From: Dictyostelium discoideum
Lineage: Eukaryota
DNA length: 64,000 nucleotides
Direction of reading: 5' to 3'
Assembly (NCBI GenBank): GCA_000004695.1
Contig: CM000154.2
Span: forward strand, 2,112,001 to 2,176,000
Made by a program: the position numbers and the translations under genes
In this document: one piece after another, positions 40,382 to 53,600 of the stretch
Layout of the letters: each line of letters begins with the position of its first letter
Position numbering within the stretch: position 1 is the first letter of the stretch
The notes under the pieces: generated by a model
The model's database searches: none
What the model saw: only the letters and a program-made list of their open reading frames with translations
Told to the model about the DNA's origin: nothing

Positions 40382-43300
40382 GAAAGTTGTTGAAGAATTT
40401 AAATATAAATATTGGCAAGATAGTGGATTATTTAAACCAAAATCAAATAATGGTGGTGAAAAATTTTCAATGGTATTACCACCACCAAATGTAACAGGAT
40501 CATTACATATTGGACATAGTTTAACAACTACAATTCAAGATTCATTGATTAGATATAATCGTATGATGGGCAAAGAAGTATTATGGGTACCAGGATTGGA
40601 TCATTCTGGAATTGCAACTCAAGTTGCAGTTGAGAAAGAATTACAAGTGAAACAAGGTAAAACTAGATTCGATTTAGGTAGAGAGAAATTTTTAGAACAA
40701 GTTTTCCAATGGACTGATCAATACTCGAGTAATATTAATAATCAGTTAAAGATAACAGGTTCGTCATTGGATTGGAGTAGATCAGTGTTTACATTGGATG
40801 AACAAAGAAACGATGCAGTTCAAACGGCGTTTATTAGAATGTTTGAAATGGGCTTGATTTATAGGTCCACTAGATTGGTTAATTGGTGTCCATATTTGCA
40901 ATCGGTGATTTCAGATATTGAGGTTGATCATAAGGTAATTGAGAAACCAACAATGTTAAAATTAAAGAGTAGAAAGAAGTCAGTTGAAGTTGGTGCAATT
41001 CATAATATTGCCTATATGATGGAGGATCCAATGTTGGCACCATTGATTGTTAGTACTACGAGACCAGAGACGATATTTGGTGATACGGGTCTAGCCATTC
41101 ATCCATTGGATGAGAGGTATAAGGATTATCATGGTAAATTTGCAATTCATCCATTTAATCATGAAAGAATACCAATAGTGTTGGATGATATTTTAGTGAA
41201 TAGAGAGATGGGTACTGGTGTGGTAAAGATTACACCAGCTCATGATTTCAATGATTATCAATGTGGTCAAAGACATTCATTGCCAATTGTAAATATTTTA
41301 AATTCAAATGGTACTCTAAATGAAAATTCAACAGCAGAGTTTGAAGGTGTTGATAGATTGGATGCAAGATCAATGGTAATTGAAAAACTTGAACAAATGG
41401 GATTATATAGAGAGAAATTAGCACATCCACAAACATTATCAATTTGTAGTAGATCTGGTGATCTATTAGAACCAGTGTTAAAACCACAATGGTATGTTAA
41501 ATGTAAAGATATGGCTGATAAATCAATAGAGTTTGTTGAATCTGGTGAAATTAAAATCATACCAGAATCATTCCGTGCAGATTGGTCAAGATGGTTAACT
41601 AATATTCAAGATTGGTGTATATCAAGACAGTTATGGTGGGGTAATCCTATACCTGCCTATAGAGTTATAATGATTGATAAGGTGACTAATGAGGATTTAG
41701 ATATTCATTTAACAGAAACTGAAAGATTAAAACAAGAGAAATGGGTAGTTGGTAAAAATGAAAAAGAAGCAAGAGAAAATGTATTCAAAACTTATGGTAT
41801 CGCCAATGCTGGTGAATATCGTTTAGAGAAGGATCAAGATGTATTGGATACTTGGTTTTCATCTGGACTTTTCCCAATTTCATCAATGGGTTGGCCAACA
41901 GCAACAAAGAATAGTGATAATGATAATGATTTTTCAAGATTTTTACCATTAGATGTTATGGAGACTGGTTCTGATATTCTATTCTTTTGGGTTGCAAGAA
42001 TGGTAATGATGTGTTCCACTCTTAATAATGGTGAAGTACCATTTAAAACCATTCTATTACATCCAATGATTAGAGATTCACAAGGCAGAAAAATGTCAAA
42101 AAGTTTAGGAAATGTAATAGATCCATTACATGTTATCAATGGTATATCATTACAAGATCTTAAAGAGAATCTTTCAAAATCTAATCTTTCACAACAAGAG
42201 AAAGTCACAGCAACCAAAGGTTTAGAAAAAGAATTTCCTCAAGGTATTCCACAATGTGGTACTGATTCATTACGTTTTTCATTAGCTCAATATCCAATCA
42301 ATGGTAAAGATATTAATTTAGATATTTCAAAAATTATTGGTAATCGTTTATTTTGTAATAAACTTTGGAATGCTTCAAAATTTGTTTTTAATTATTTAGT
42401 AAATTTAAATAATCTATCAATTAATTTATATTATAATAATAATAATAATGAAAAAGATCAGCAACAACCATTTAATTATTTAGAATCAACAACATTAATT
42501 GATAAATGGATATTATTAAAATTATCAAAATTAGTTGAAATTGTAAATGAATCATATAAGAGTAATAATTTATCAATTGCAGCACAATCATTATATTCAT
42601 TCTTTCAATATGATTTTTGTGATATTTATATTGAATGTATTAAAGCGGATTTATCGAAACCAATTCTATCAAAACAAAATGAACATTCATCATTGGTATT
42701 GGCAAGTGTATTAGATAGTTATCTTAGAATGCTTCACCCATTTATGCCATTTATAACTGAAGATCTTTGGCAAAGATTACCAAAATCTAAACAACAATTA
42801 GAGATTGCAAACTCTATTGAAATTGATGATTCATTATCAATTATGATTTCAGATTATCCAAATCCATCCTATAAATATCATCAATTATTTAAAAATCAAG
42901 AAATTGAAATTGAAAAACAAGTTAATCTATTCCTTGATACTTTAAAACTAATTAGATCTCAAAAAGTTTCATTAGGAATAAATGAAAAAACAAAATTAAT
43001 TATAAAATTACAAATTATAGGTGATGATCAAATTTTAATTAAATCAAGTTTTAATCAACTAAAAGATTCATTTGAAAAATTATTAAATTCAAATTTAATA
43101 ATTGATGAAAATAATAATAATGATAATAATAATAATAATGATAATAATGATTTAACAAATATATCAATAAATAAATTTACAATTTCAAAAGAATTACAAA
43201 TTTCAATTGAATTTGATAAAGAAATTAATAATCAATTAAATCAAAAATTAATTAATCCAAATCAATCAAATGATAAAAAGATTTTAAAATTAGAAAATTT

Positions 43301-43430
43301 TATTAAACAATTACAAGATGAAATTGATAATCCAGATTTTAAACAAAGAGTACCTGAAAAAGTTCAAAATATTAAAATTGAAAAATTAAATCAATATAAA
43401 ATTGAATTAAAAGAAATTTATAAAAAATAA
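40189..43430 (+). CDS. mvalS: Valyl-tRNA synthetase, probably the mitochondrial isoform, two exons (40189..40296, 40383..43430), about 1051 aa
   Basis: Exon 1 (36 codons: MNKLLFLSKKSSTSNLYRFYSRAPINESS...) is presequence-like. GTAAGT at 40297 and an AAAAAAG acceptor at 40381-40382 give phase 0. The class-I motifs PPPNVTGSLHIGH (HIGH) and GRKMSKSLGN (KMSKS) are present, together with ValRS-specific editing-domain collinearity and a C-terminal coiled-coil region. Confidence 0.85.
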
Positions 43431-43527
43431 AAATAATAAAAAATATTAATTAATTAATTAATTAATTTAAATTTATTTAAATGTGTTTGTATAGTTTTTT
43501 TTTTTTTTTTTTTTTTTTATGATTTTT

Positions 43528-45162
43528 TTAATTTTCAAAATCTAAAATAAAATCAATATTTTCTCTTGAATTTGGATTTAAAAGTATTGATTTTGTAATT
43601 GATTTATAACCAAAACTTGAAACTGTTACATTATAGAAACCATCATCTAATAATCTTGAATAATAACCATTTGAGGGGTCAGTTGTTACAATTTTATCAA
43701 TATTTGAAATTTGAATTTGAGCAAATAAATTCTCATTATTATTATTAGTGACTCTACCAAAGATACTCATTGATAGTGGTAATGAAATGAATTTAACCAA
43801 TGCATTACGATTATCATTCCAAAATCTATTTAATTCAATTGATTTTGGAATTTTCTCTGATGATAGTTCTAATGTGATTTCCATACCATTGGTGAAGTCA
43901 TAGTTGTAATCTTGCATGCCACCTCTGAGAGTGTACCATTTAGCACCGTTGACAATTCCACCAAGGAATTCTTTTGATTGATACATTTTAGCATGATTCA
44001 ATGAATATGTCAATGCCATTCTTCTGAATACGACATCATCGGTTGTTGGATACTGAATACCGAATCCATAGCCATTATCACTGTCTCTGGTCGAATCGAA
44101 TGGGTAGTTGGCAACTAATGAGCCACCATGTAGATTTGCAGACATTACAAAATTTCTTTCTTTACTCCAATCGATGATTGATTGAACTTCAGGTTGAATC
44201 TTTTTATAAAGTTCACTACTTGATCCCACAAATTTATCTGGAAAATTTCTATTCAAATCGAAATGATTTGCATTCTCTCTTTGACCAAGTTCATATCCAT
44301 CTGGATTCATTGATGGTACAATTGAAATAATTAAATTTTCAAATAATTCGACATACTCTTTATCAACTTTTGAATTTCTGTATAATAAATGATCAATTAA
44401 ATAAATTAACATTTGTCTACCAACAACTTCATCACCATGCATATTACCAACTAATTTAACATTTTGTTTAAATTTATTATTATTGTTTTTTTTTAATTGA
44501 AAATTTGATAAATCAATTGCCCATAATTCTCTACCCAATGATGATTTACCAATTGAATATAATTTTGATTGATTTGGATAATAGTTTGAAATTTTTTTCA
44601 TAAAATCAGTTAATTGATTATAATTTAAATAATGATTATAATCAATGATACCAGATTCTGATCTAACTAAAAATGGTGATTGTCCATATGCAGTACTACT
44701 ACCACCTTTATTATAATTATAACGCATTGATTCTAATAAAACTGTAATTCTTTTTAATTTATCCATTTCAGTTTGAATTGTAGTTCCTAAAATTTCTTCT
44801 AAATTTTTCACTAAATTTAATTTGATTTCAAGTCCAAATTCTTTCTTTTTTTCATTTAAAAATTTAAATTGATCTTCATTTAAATAAACATTAAATTGAT
44901 TTTCACTGGTTAATATTAATTTATTATCATCTTGGTTGATTGATAATTGATTTTCAACATAGTCCAATAAATCCCTTGTCAATGGTTGACCAACTGAATT
45001 GATTGTATAAAAATTCAATTTCTTTAATTTTATACAAACATCACCACTTTCATCAAATTTTTCACAACCATTAATCATTAATTGTTCAATTTCACAATTT
45101 ACAACATTTTTAATAAATACTATAAAATAAATAATTAATAAATAAATTGTTAAAATTTTCAT
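43528..45162 (-). CDS. Zinc carboxypeptidase, M14 family (N/E-type regulatory carboxypeptidase-like), secreted, single exon, 544 aa
   Basis: It has a signal peptide (MKILTIYLLIIYFIVFIKNVVNC). Zinc-binding motifs are MHGDEVVGRQ (HxxE) and SANLHGGSLVANYPFD. The substrate-binding NRNFPD and a C-terminal transthyretin-like beta domain are typical of CPD/CPE/CPM-type enzymes. Confidence 0.8.
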   Translation of the reverse strand: MKILTIYLLIIYFIVFIKNVVNCEIEQLMINGCEKFDESGDVCIKLKKLNFYTINSVGQPLTRDLLDYVENQLSINQDDNKLILTSENQFNVYLNEDQFKFLNEKKKEFGLEIKLNLVKNLEEILGTTIQTEMDKLKRITVLLESMRYNYNKGGSSTAYGQSPFLVRSESGIIDYNHYLNYNQLTDFMKKISNYYPNQSKLYSIGKSSLGRELWAIDLSNFQLKKNNNNKFKQNVKLVGNMHGDEVVGRQMLIYLIDHLLYRNSKVDKEYVELFENLIISIVPSMNPDGYELGQRENANHFDLNRNFPDKFVGSSSELYKKIQPEVQSIIDWSKERNFVMSANLHGGSLVANYPFDSTRDSDNGYGFGIQYPTTDDVVFRRMALTYSLNHAKMYQSKEFLGGIVNGAKWYTLRGGMQDYNYDFTNGMEITLELSSEKIPKSIELNRFWNDNRNALVKFISLPLSMSIFGRVTNNNNENLFAQIQISNIDKIVTTDPSNGYYSRLLDDGFYNVTVSSFGYKSITKSILLNPNSRENIDFILDFEN

Positions 45163-45225
45163 TTAAATAAAAAAAAAAAAAGTTTATTATTATTATTTTT
45201 ATTATTATTATTGTTATTGTTATTT

Positions 45226-45268
<43 letters not shown>

Positions 45269-45365
45269 CTTGGTAAATATTTTTTTTATTTCTATTTTTA
45301 AATTTTTTTTTTTTTTTTCTCTTGGTAAATATTTTTTATTTTATTATGTTTTTATTGTATTGTTG

Positions 45366-45405
<40 letters not shown>

Positions 45406-45427
45406 CTATTTTTAGTTGATGTTAAAT

Positions 45428-45458
<31 letters not shown>

Positions 45459-46192
45459 TTTTTTTTTTTTTTATAAAATTATAAAAAATTGTTTGAAAGA
45501 AAATAAAATAAATTTTTTAAAATAATTGCCTTTTACCAAAAATAATTATTTACCTTTTTAATATTTATTGATTATTATTATTGTTATTAATCACTCATTA
45601 TTCTAGTTTGTGGTATTTTTGTGTGTGTTGAAATAGTAGGTTATTATTAAATTACCAAATTGTTTTATTTTTTTTTAATACTTAAAGATTTTTTTTTTTT
45701 TTTATTACTTAATTATTACAATAAAATTGCCATTCTCTTTGAAAATACCAACACTAATCGTTTCTTTTTTATTTTATTTTTTTATTTTTTTTAAATTTTT
45801 TTTTTTTTTTTTGTTTTTTTACAACTTTTTTTTATTTTTTTTTTATTTTTTTTTATTTTTTTTTAATTTTAATTTTTTAAATTAAGTTTTGATAATCTGA
45901 AAAAAAAAAAAAACAAGCTTATAAATAAAATATACTAAAAATAGTAACTTTTTTTTTTTCAATAACATTATTATACTTTCACACTCATATTCAAATACTA
46001 CCACCAACATACATTTGTATATGTTTTTAAACCACAAATTGTGTACTATTTACTGATCCAACTTGCACAACAAATATTTTACCTCAATCCAAATATCCTC
46101 ACACATACATAACCCAAAATTTTATATCTCACAACATACATACATACATACATACATATACATAAAAAAAGTATTAATTTATTAATAATAAC

Positions 46193-46318
<126 letters not shown>

Positions 46319-46459
46319 AATATCCTTGTACATTTTTTTTTTTTTTTTTTTTGGAAAAAATAATAAATTAAAAAAAAGTAAAGAAAAGAAAATTGAGAAT
46401 AGAAAATAGAAAATAAAAAAAAACAAACAAACAACAATAGAATATATATATAAACCATT

Positions 46460-47002
46460 ATGTCATCAAATAATTCATCAAGATATGTAAAGAATGAAAA
46501 CAGAAGACCACCACCAACAATGTGCGATAGTGTCAGAGCTGCTTCTTTAAAATGCTCTGAAACAAATTCAAAATATGATTGCCAAATTTTCTTTGAAGCT
46601 GCCACTAAATGTAGATCTGAAAAGGTATGTTCAATCTTTATGTGTGAGTGTGTGTTGTGTAATTTATTTTTTTTTTATTTTTTTTTTTTTTTTTTTTTTT
46701 AGGTTTAGAAGATTTTATTCTTTTATTTTTTTTTTCCAAGATCTTTAATCTATTATTATTATTATTTTTATTTTCATTTTTTAATTTTATTTTTTTCAAA
46801 AAAAAAATTTATTGAAATTTAAAAATCTTTCCTCTTTATTAATTATTTTTATTCCCATTTTTAGACAAAATTAGAAGATGAAGAGAAAAATATTAAAAAA
46901 TATTTAAATGGAGAATTAACAGATACACAAAGAATATCTTTGCAAAATAGGATGGACGAAATTAAAATTATAAAATCTAAACAATATCCAGTACCAAATT
47001 AA
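46460..47002 (+). CDS. Twin Cx9C (CHCH-domain) protein, Cox19-like, two exons (46460..46624, 46865..47002), 100 aa
   Basis: It has two C-x9-C motifs (CDSVRAASLKC and CQIFFEAATKC), preceded by an RRPPPT segment reminiscent of the Cox19 N-terminus. GTATGT donor at 46625 and TTTTAG acceptor at 46863-46864 join in phase 0, with stop TAA 47000-47002. Confidence 0.6.
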
Positions 47003-47307
47003 AAAATTTAAAATAATAAAATAATCGATTACTTTATTATTAAAAAAAAAAATAATAATAATAATAAAATAAAATTTAATTGGTGATATATAAATTTATT
47101 TTTTTGTTTTTTAATTTAAAATAATAAAATAATCGATTACTTTATTATTTTAAAAAAAAAAAAAAAAAAAATTTAATGATATAATTATTCAATTTAAAAA
47201 CCTAAAAAATAAATTCAAAGCATATATCAAAAAATTCTTTTCACTCTATTTTTTTTTATTTTTTATTACCTACCATCATTAGTAATTAGATTTCTAAATA
47301 ATATCTG

Positions 47308-47348
<41 letters not shown>

Positions 47349-47615
47349 AAAGATATTTTTTGGGAAAAAAAGATATTTTCATTATTCAAGAAAAAAAAAA
47401 GAAAAAAAAAGAAAAAAAATAAAAAATGAAAATTTGTGGGAGAGTGAAATAATTTAGAATGAAAATTTTCATATAAAGTTTTATAATTTTTTTTTTTTTT
47501 TATAAATTCATTTCATTATTAATTTTTAATATATATATATATAATTTTTATATTTACAACACATTTATTATTATAAACAAATTCCAAAGGACAAAAAAAA
47601 AAAAAAAAATAAAAA

Positions 47616-48638
47616 ATGAGAGATGTTATTAGAGCTTGGATTCCAATTGATACAAATGTAAATGCACCAAATTATCAAATTCCAAATTTTGAAAATCAAA
47701 AAGATTTATTTGTTGCAATGTTAGCACCAAGTGAAAATGAACCACCTTCACCACCATCAAATCCACATTCTTACAATGAACCAAAAGATGAAAAGGATAA
47801 GAAAATTGATGAATTAACTTTAGATTGGATTGACACTATGAGTTACTCACACAATGTTTCATCAAATTCAAAAGAGTCACATCTTGGTGAATTAACATTA
47901 ACCAAATTTGTTTGTGACCGTTCACCATCATTGAATTATATGGCATTACGTCGTGAAATCATTCCTCATATTATTCATCGTTGTATTGGTAAAATGAAGG
48001 ATAATGTACTCCCAATCATTGAATATGAATTACATTATTGTACATTGAGAAATGTTTCCATCTCTGGTGGTGTCGGTGGAAAACCAGTTGAAACATTATC
48101 AATTGCATGTAAAATCATGATTATAAAGAATATTAAAATCAATGTTGAATCTGGTGAATTATTATGTTACCAAGTTTGCAACTGGGATACTCTTAAGGAA
48201 ACTGGCTCAAAGACAATTCGTCCATCAATTAATGGTACTTCAACAAAATCATCCTTATTAGATTTAGCAAAGAAACGTTTAATGGTTGATTTCGATTCTC
48301 ATGATCCCTCAATGATTAAATTATTAAAAGATCTTGGAATTGTATCTGAATATAATTTACCACATTCAGATAATAGTAATGTTGATGAAACTGAGTTCCA
48401 TAGAGTTATGATTAATAAAGAACCCCCACTATTCCAAGTACTTGATTTACCACCAACACGTACTTTAACAGTTGAAAAAGTTAAAAAATCAATCTCTGAT
48501 AAACTTAATATTCCATTAGATACAATCAAACATTTATTTAATCATTCAAATGGTATCTTGATTGATTCTCCAAAAATTTTAAAAATTTCAACTTCATATA
48601 TGGTACAACTTACCGATGGTAAATTCTATGGTCATTAA
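47616..48638 (+). CDS. Hypothetical protein, single exon, 340 aa
   Basis: A continuous ORF of non-low-complexity composition (MRDVIRAWIPIDTNVNAPNYQ...). No family recognised. Confidence 0.5.
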   Translation: MRDVIRAWIPIDTNVNAPNYQIPNFENQKDLFVAMLAPSENEPPSPPSNPHSYNEPKDEKDKKIDELTLDWIDTMSYSHNVSSNSKESHLGELTLTKFVCDRSPSLNYMALRREIIPHIIHRCIGKMKDNVLPIIEYELHYCTLRNVSISGGVGGKPVETLSIACKIMIIKNIKINVESGELLCYQVCNWDTLKETGSKTIRPSINGTSTKSSLLDLAKKRLMVDFDSHDPSMIKLLKDLGIVSEYNLPHSDNSNVDETEFHRVMINKEPPLFQVLDLPPTRTLTVEKVKKSISDKLNIPLDTIKHLFNHSNGILIDSPKILKISTSYMVQLTDGKFYGH

Positions 48639-48672
48639 ATAAAATAAATAAAGTTTTTCTATTTATTTAATT

Positions 48673-48703
<31 letters not shown>

Positions 48704-49697
48704 AGTTATGTTAAATTTTAATATGAATAAAAATAAATAATTCAAAATATTCAATATATTAATTGAAATCATTAAATAATCTGTTATTGATTGATTTATA
48801 TTTATTATTATTATTTTTATAAAGTGTTGCCATTTGAAATTGATTTATTTTAATACTTTAACCACTGCCAATACTAATGACATCAATAGAATTTAAACTT
48901 GATAAAACTTTTAATTACAAGGATTTCTTTTGAAGAGTATCAAGAGTTGTTTCGTGAGTTGCAATTCTGTTGACTGTGGTGGATATGGTGATTGATGATG
49001 TTGCATTTAGTGGTGATGAATATTACATTTTTAGTGATTCCGCTTGGTCAATGTTAACATTGACTGCTTTGATTTATATTATTATTATTATTATTATTAT
49101 TATCACTATTTGGAAATTCCATTGACCCACTTAGTAGATTATTCGTTATATTACCTCTTGAACTATTTCTTGATCTTTCACTTCTATGCTCTCAATCTTT
49201 TGATATTCTTGAACGATCTATGTATCGGGAATATTTTCAATTCTCTATCTGATTTTTGAAATAATTACCTAGTTCTGTTTACAAATACTCTATCACCTGA
49301 CTAAATTTAGTTGTTGTAGCTTCAAATAGTGCAACTTCACTGGATTTTTTAAATAACTAAATCAAATCTTTGCCAACACACCAATTTATTGATGGTATCT
49401 TCTTCTATACCCAATCCTAATTGAGAATTCATCTTCACTGGTTTTATAGATTTTTTTATTGAATTTTCATATGTCAAGATTACCAAGAATGCTTGGAATT
49501 GTACCGAGTAAAATAAAATGAAAAAAAATAAAATAAAATAAAATAAAAAGTGTTAAATAAAGGGAAAGGTCAAAATAAAAGAAATGAGAGATAATTTTCA
49601 TTTATTATTTAAATAAATACCAAACTCTTGGTCGATGTAAATATTTTTTTTTTTTTTTTAAATAAATGTGTAAAGAGATATATATGGGTAATGGAAA

Positions 49698-49749
<52 letters not shown>

Positions 49750-50209
49750 AAATAAAAAAAATTTTTAAAAATTTTAAAAAAAGATTTATATATACCAAAA
49801 GAAGAGAAAAAAAAAAATTTTTGTGATTGGTAGTTTCTGAGAAAAAAATGAAAAAAAAAAAAAAAATAAAAATATTTTTACTATTCATATTAAGTTATAA
49901 TTTCTTGGTAAACCAAGAATTTTCAAAAAAAAATTTCGATCTGAGAAGATCAAAAAAAAAAAAAAAAATTAAAAAAATAAAAAAAAAATAAAAAAAAAAT
50001 AAAAAAAAAAAAAATTCGAAGAAGATATGATTTTAGAGATATTTTTTTTTTTTGTTTTTTTAATTTTTTTTTTTTTTTTTTTTTAAAAATAAAACTCCCA
50101 ACTGAAATTTTTTGCTATAAAACTTTTTTTTCAAGTCATTATTTTAACAACAATAAAAGAGTCAAAGTAATTTGTATAACAGTAATAATAATAATAATAA
50201 TAATTTGTA

Positions 50210-50256
<47 letters not shown>

Positions 50257-50284
50257 TATAAAAAAAAAATAAAAAAATAAAAAA

Positions 50285-50615
50285 ATGATTGAAATAAATA
50301 AATTAAAATCATTTGAAGAAGATAAACAAAATATCTTTCAAACTTTTTTAACAAGTGAAAATGATACCAACTTACTTTTCACCACAGCAAAAAAGTTTTT
50401 AGAAAATAAGAATCCAGAACCAACTTTAACAATTAAAATTTGTGAAAAAATTCATAAGATCTATGAAGAAAAAGAGATTCAAAATAAAAAAATCAATTCA
50501 ATTATCCAAGAAGAAGAAAATTGGAAATTAAGTATTTCAAAAGAATTACAAAATAAACATCATGGTAAGTTTATTATTATTATTATTTTTATTATTATTT
50601 TAATTATTATTAATT

Positions 50616-50656
<41 letters not shown>

Positions 50657-53600
50657 AATTAGATTATAAAGAAGAACTTGAAAAAATTCAAAAGAATAAA
50701 GATTTTTATGATTTTTTACCAACAAGTATTAAATCGAATGTATTAGAATATCAAAGAAAAATGTTAGATGTTAGTATGTTAATGGTAAAGAGTGCATACC
50801 ACATTTATGATGATTCAATGATTAGATTGAAAACACCAAAAGCTCAACAACAACAAGACAAAATGGATATTGATTCAAATGAAAATGAAGATCAAGCAAT
50901 CGATTCAAAACAATTAGAGAATGATTATTTATTATCATTTAATAAAGTTTTAAATCAAGCAATTAAAGATATCATTCCAAGTTTTTCAATTGAAATTGCT
51001 AAATTTTTAAAAGAAAAGAATTTACCAACGATTTGCACAAGAGTTTGTAAAGAATTGGCAATTAAGATATCAAATGAAAGAAAAGTCGAGAGAGAAACAC
51101 TAAAGAAGTCAGACTGTGGTGATTTAGACCAAGTGATGTATCAAGTGATTGAGACTTGTATTGGTTCAATCTTTGATACCATTTCAAAATTGGATCAAAA
51201 AGTCAAACTTTCACCACACTTAGTTACCGACAGAGAACTTTCAGATTTAACCATGTTAAAGAATGGTGAATTGTTAAAAGAATTCATTGAATTCATTTTA
51301 CCAGACTATTTACAATCACCAGAGGGTATCATTAAAATCGGTCAATACTTATTATCAATCAATCAATACAATCATGTTGTATTGGTTGCTGAACGTGGTA
51401 GAATCAGATTGGAAAAATTAAAGAAAGAACAAGTTGAAAAGGAACAATTGCAACAAAAACTTGCATTTTTATCCAAAGAAATTGAATCCATTGAAAAGGT
51501 ATCTGGTTACTCCGATGAAAAGAGAGGCGATTTAGTTCAATTGGAAAAGGAATTCTCTGTTTATAAAATGTATCCAACTTATTATTCAATGAACAAAAGA
51601 GAATTTAGTAAACATAATCTCGATATTGCAACCCTTAGAATTAAATCGATCTTGGAGATGAAAGATGCTTCCAAAGGTGTATTGAATATTCAATCACATT
51701 TAGACGACACCTTAAAGACTTTATTAGATCCAAATCATATCTACCAATTGGCTGTCCTTTTACAAAAAACTGAAATTGATACTGCTTTAGTTTATGGTGA
51801 ACGTTGTCAAAGATTCATCACTGATTTAGAGATTCTTAGAGAGGTTAGATTACCATTAACTTTAAGAATTAAAGAATTGGAGGGCGAAGAAACTACACTT
51901 CGTTTAGATGGTCGTACAATCTCTGAAGAAAAGAAAACTGAATTGGAACAATTGTTAGAGAATACTAAATCACTTCCAGAATTCCCATTCTTTTCAGAGT
52001 TAACCAATCGTAATGAATATGATCGTCTCAATTTACAAGTTGCTCAAATGATGATTACATGTGTCTTGGAAAAGAAATCCAAATTATCAACCTCAAAAGA
52101 TCAATCACAAAAAGATCGTCTCAATCAACAAGTTTCAGCTTTAATCATAATGTGTTTAGAGAAATTTAAAGATCCAAAATATTTATTAGAGTTGGAGAAA
52201 CATTTATTACTTTCAAGAGAGGATAAAGTTGTAATTCAAATTGCTAATCAAATCTTTAATCGTTGTGATGAAATTGAAAATCAACGTATTCAAAGAGTTT
52301 TACTCGAAAAGAAAGAAAAAGAAACAACCGATGATTTGGAAAAATCAAAAATCGGTGAACAAATTAAAAAATTACCAACTTTCCCTTACTATGCTTCATT
52401 AACAATTGAAAATCAATATGATGAAACAATTTATGATGCCGCTGAACAATTGATGAGCTTCCTCTTGGATAATATTTCATTCATTGATGAGAAATTAAGA
52501 AAATCTAAACTTTTCAATATTAAAAACATTGAAGATGAACAATTAATTAAAGATAGAGAAGAAACCGAGAAATTAGTTACTGAATCATTATCAAATTGTC
52601 TTAGATTTGTTAGATCACCATCATTGGTTTGTAAATTTGCAAATGCTTTAGGAGCAAAGAGAGAATCATTATATTTAGAGATTTCAAAACATATTCATCC
52701 AATTATCATTGAAAAACATAAACAAGCAATGGAAATTAAACAACATCAATTCCTTATTGAAACTTTAAATTTAGAATTATCTGATCTCTCAAAGATGAAG
52801 AAAGAAATGCCGGAATCCGATATCGAATTACTTCAATCAACAACTGATCGTATGAAAACCATTCAATTCCCATACCTTGATCAATGGGTTAGATCAAGTC
52901 ATTATAATTCACAATTGATTTCAAATGGTATACAATTATTATTAAAGAATAAACAAGAATATCAATCACCAAAAACCACCACAATTTCAAAGAATGAATT
53001 AGCAAATCTCGTTAAATTAAATCAAGAGAATTTCATTGAACAATTTAAATTACTCTCTCAATATTTAGAAGATCCAAAAACTTTTACCCAAATTTTAACT
53101 CTTCTTAGAGTTAGTAATGATTTTGAAAATGTTACAGAAGTTGGTAAATTAGCATTTGCAAAATTAAAATTATTTAGAGAACATCAAAATAAAGTTAAAG
53201 AATTGAATGAAAATAAGAAATTATTAGTAGAAGAACGTGACCAACTCAATAAACAACGTCGTCGTCTTTCAACTGAGAAGCATTTATCTCTTAGAGAAAT
53301 TACAATCACTGAACATTTAAATTCATTATTGGAGCCATATTATATTGCAAATTTAGATTCATTGGCTTTAATCATTGGTAGTGTATTAATTGAAGCAAAT
53401 ACTTGTGAAAGAAGTGAATTTGAAATTAAAGTGTCTTCAAAAGCATTTGAAAATCAATTTAAATATATCTCTGAACAAAGAAAACGTATCAATGATAACA
53501 TTAGTCAAACAATTAAATTGGTAGTTGAAAATATTGAATCAATTGAAGATTTACTTAAATTTACAAATGATTTATATTCAAAGAAAGAATATTTATTAGT

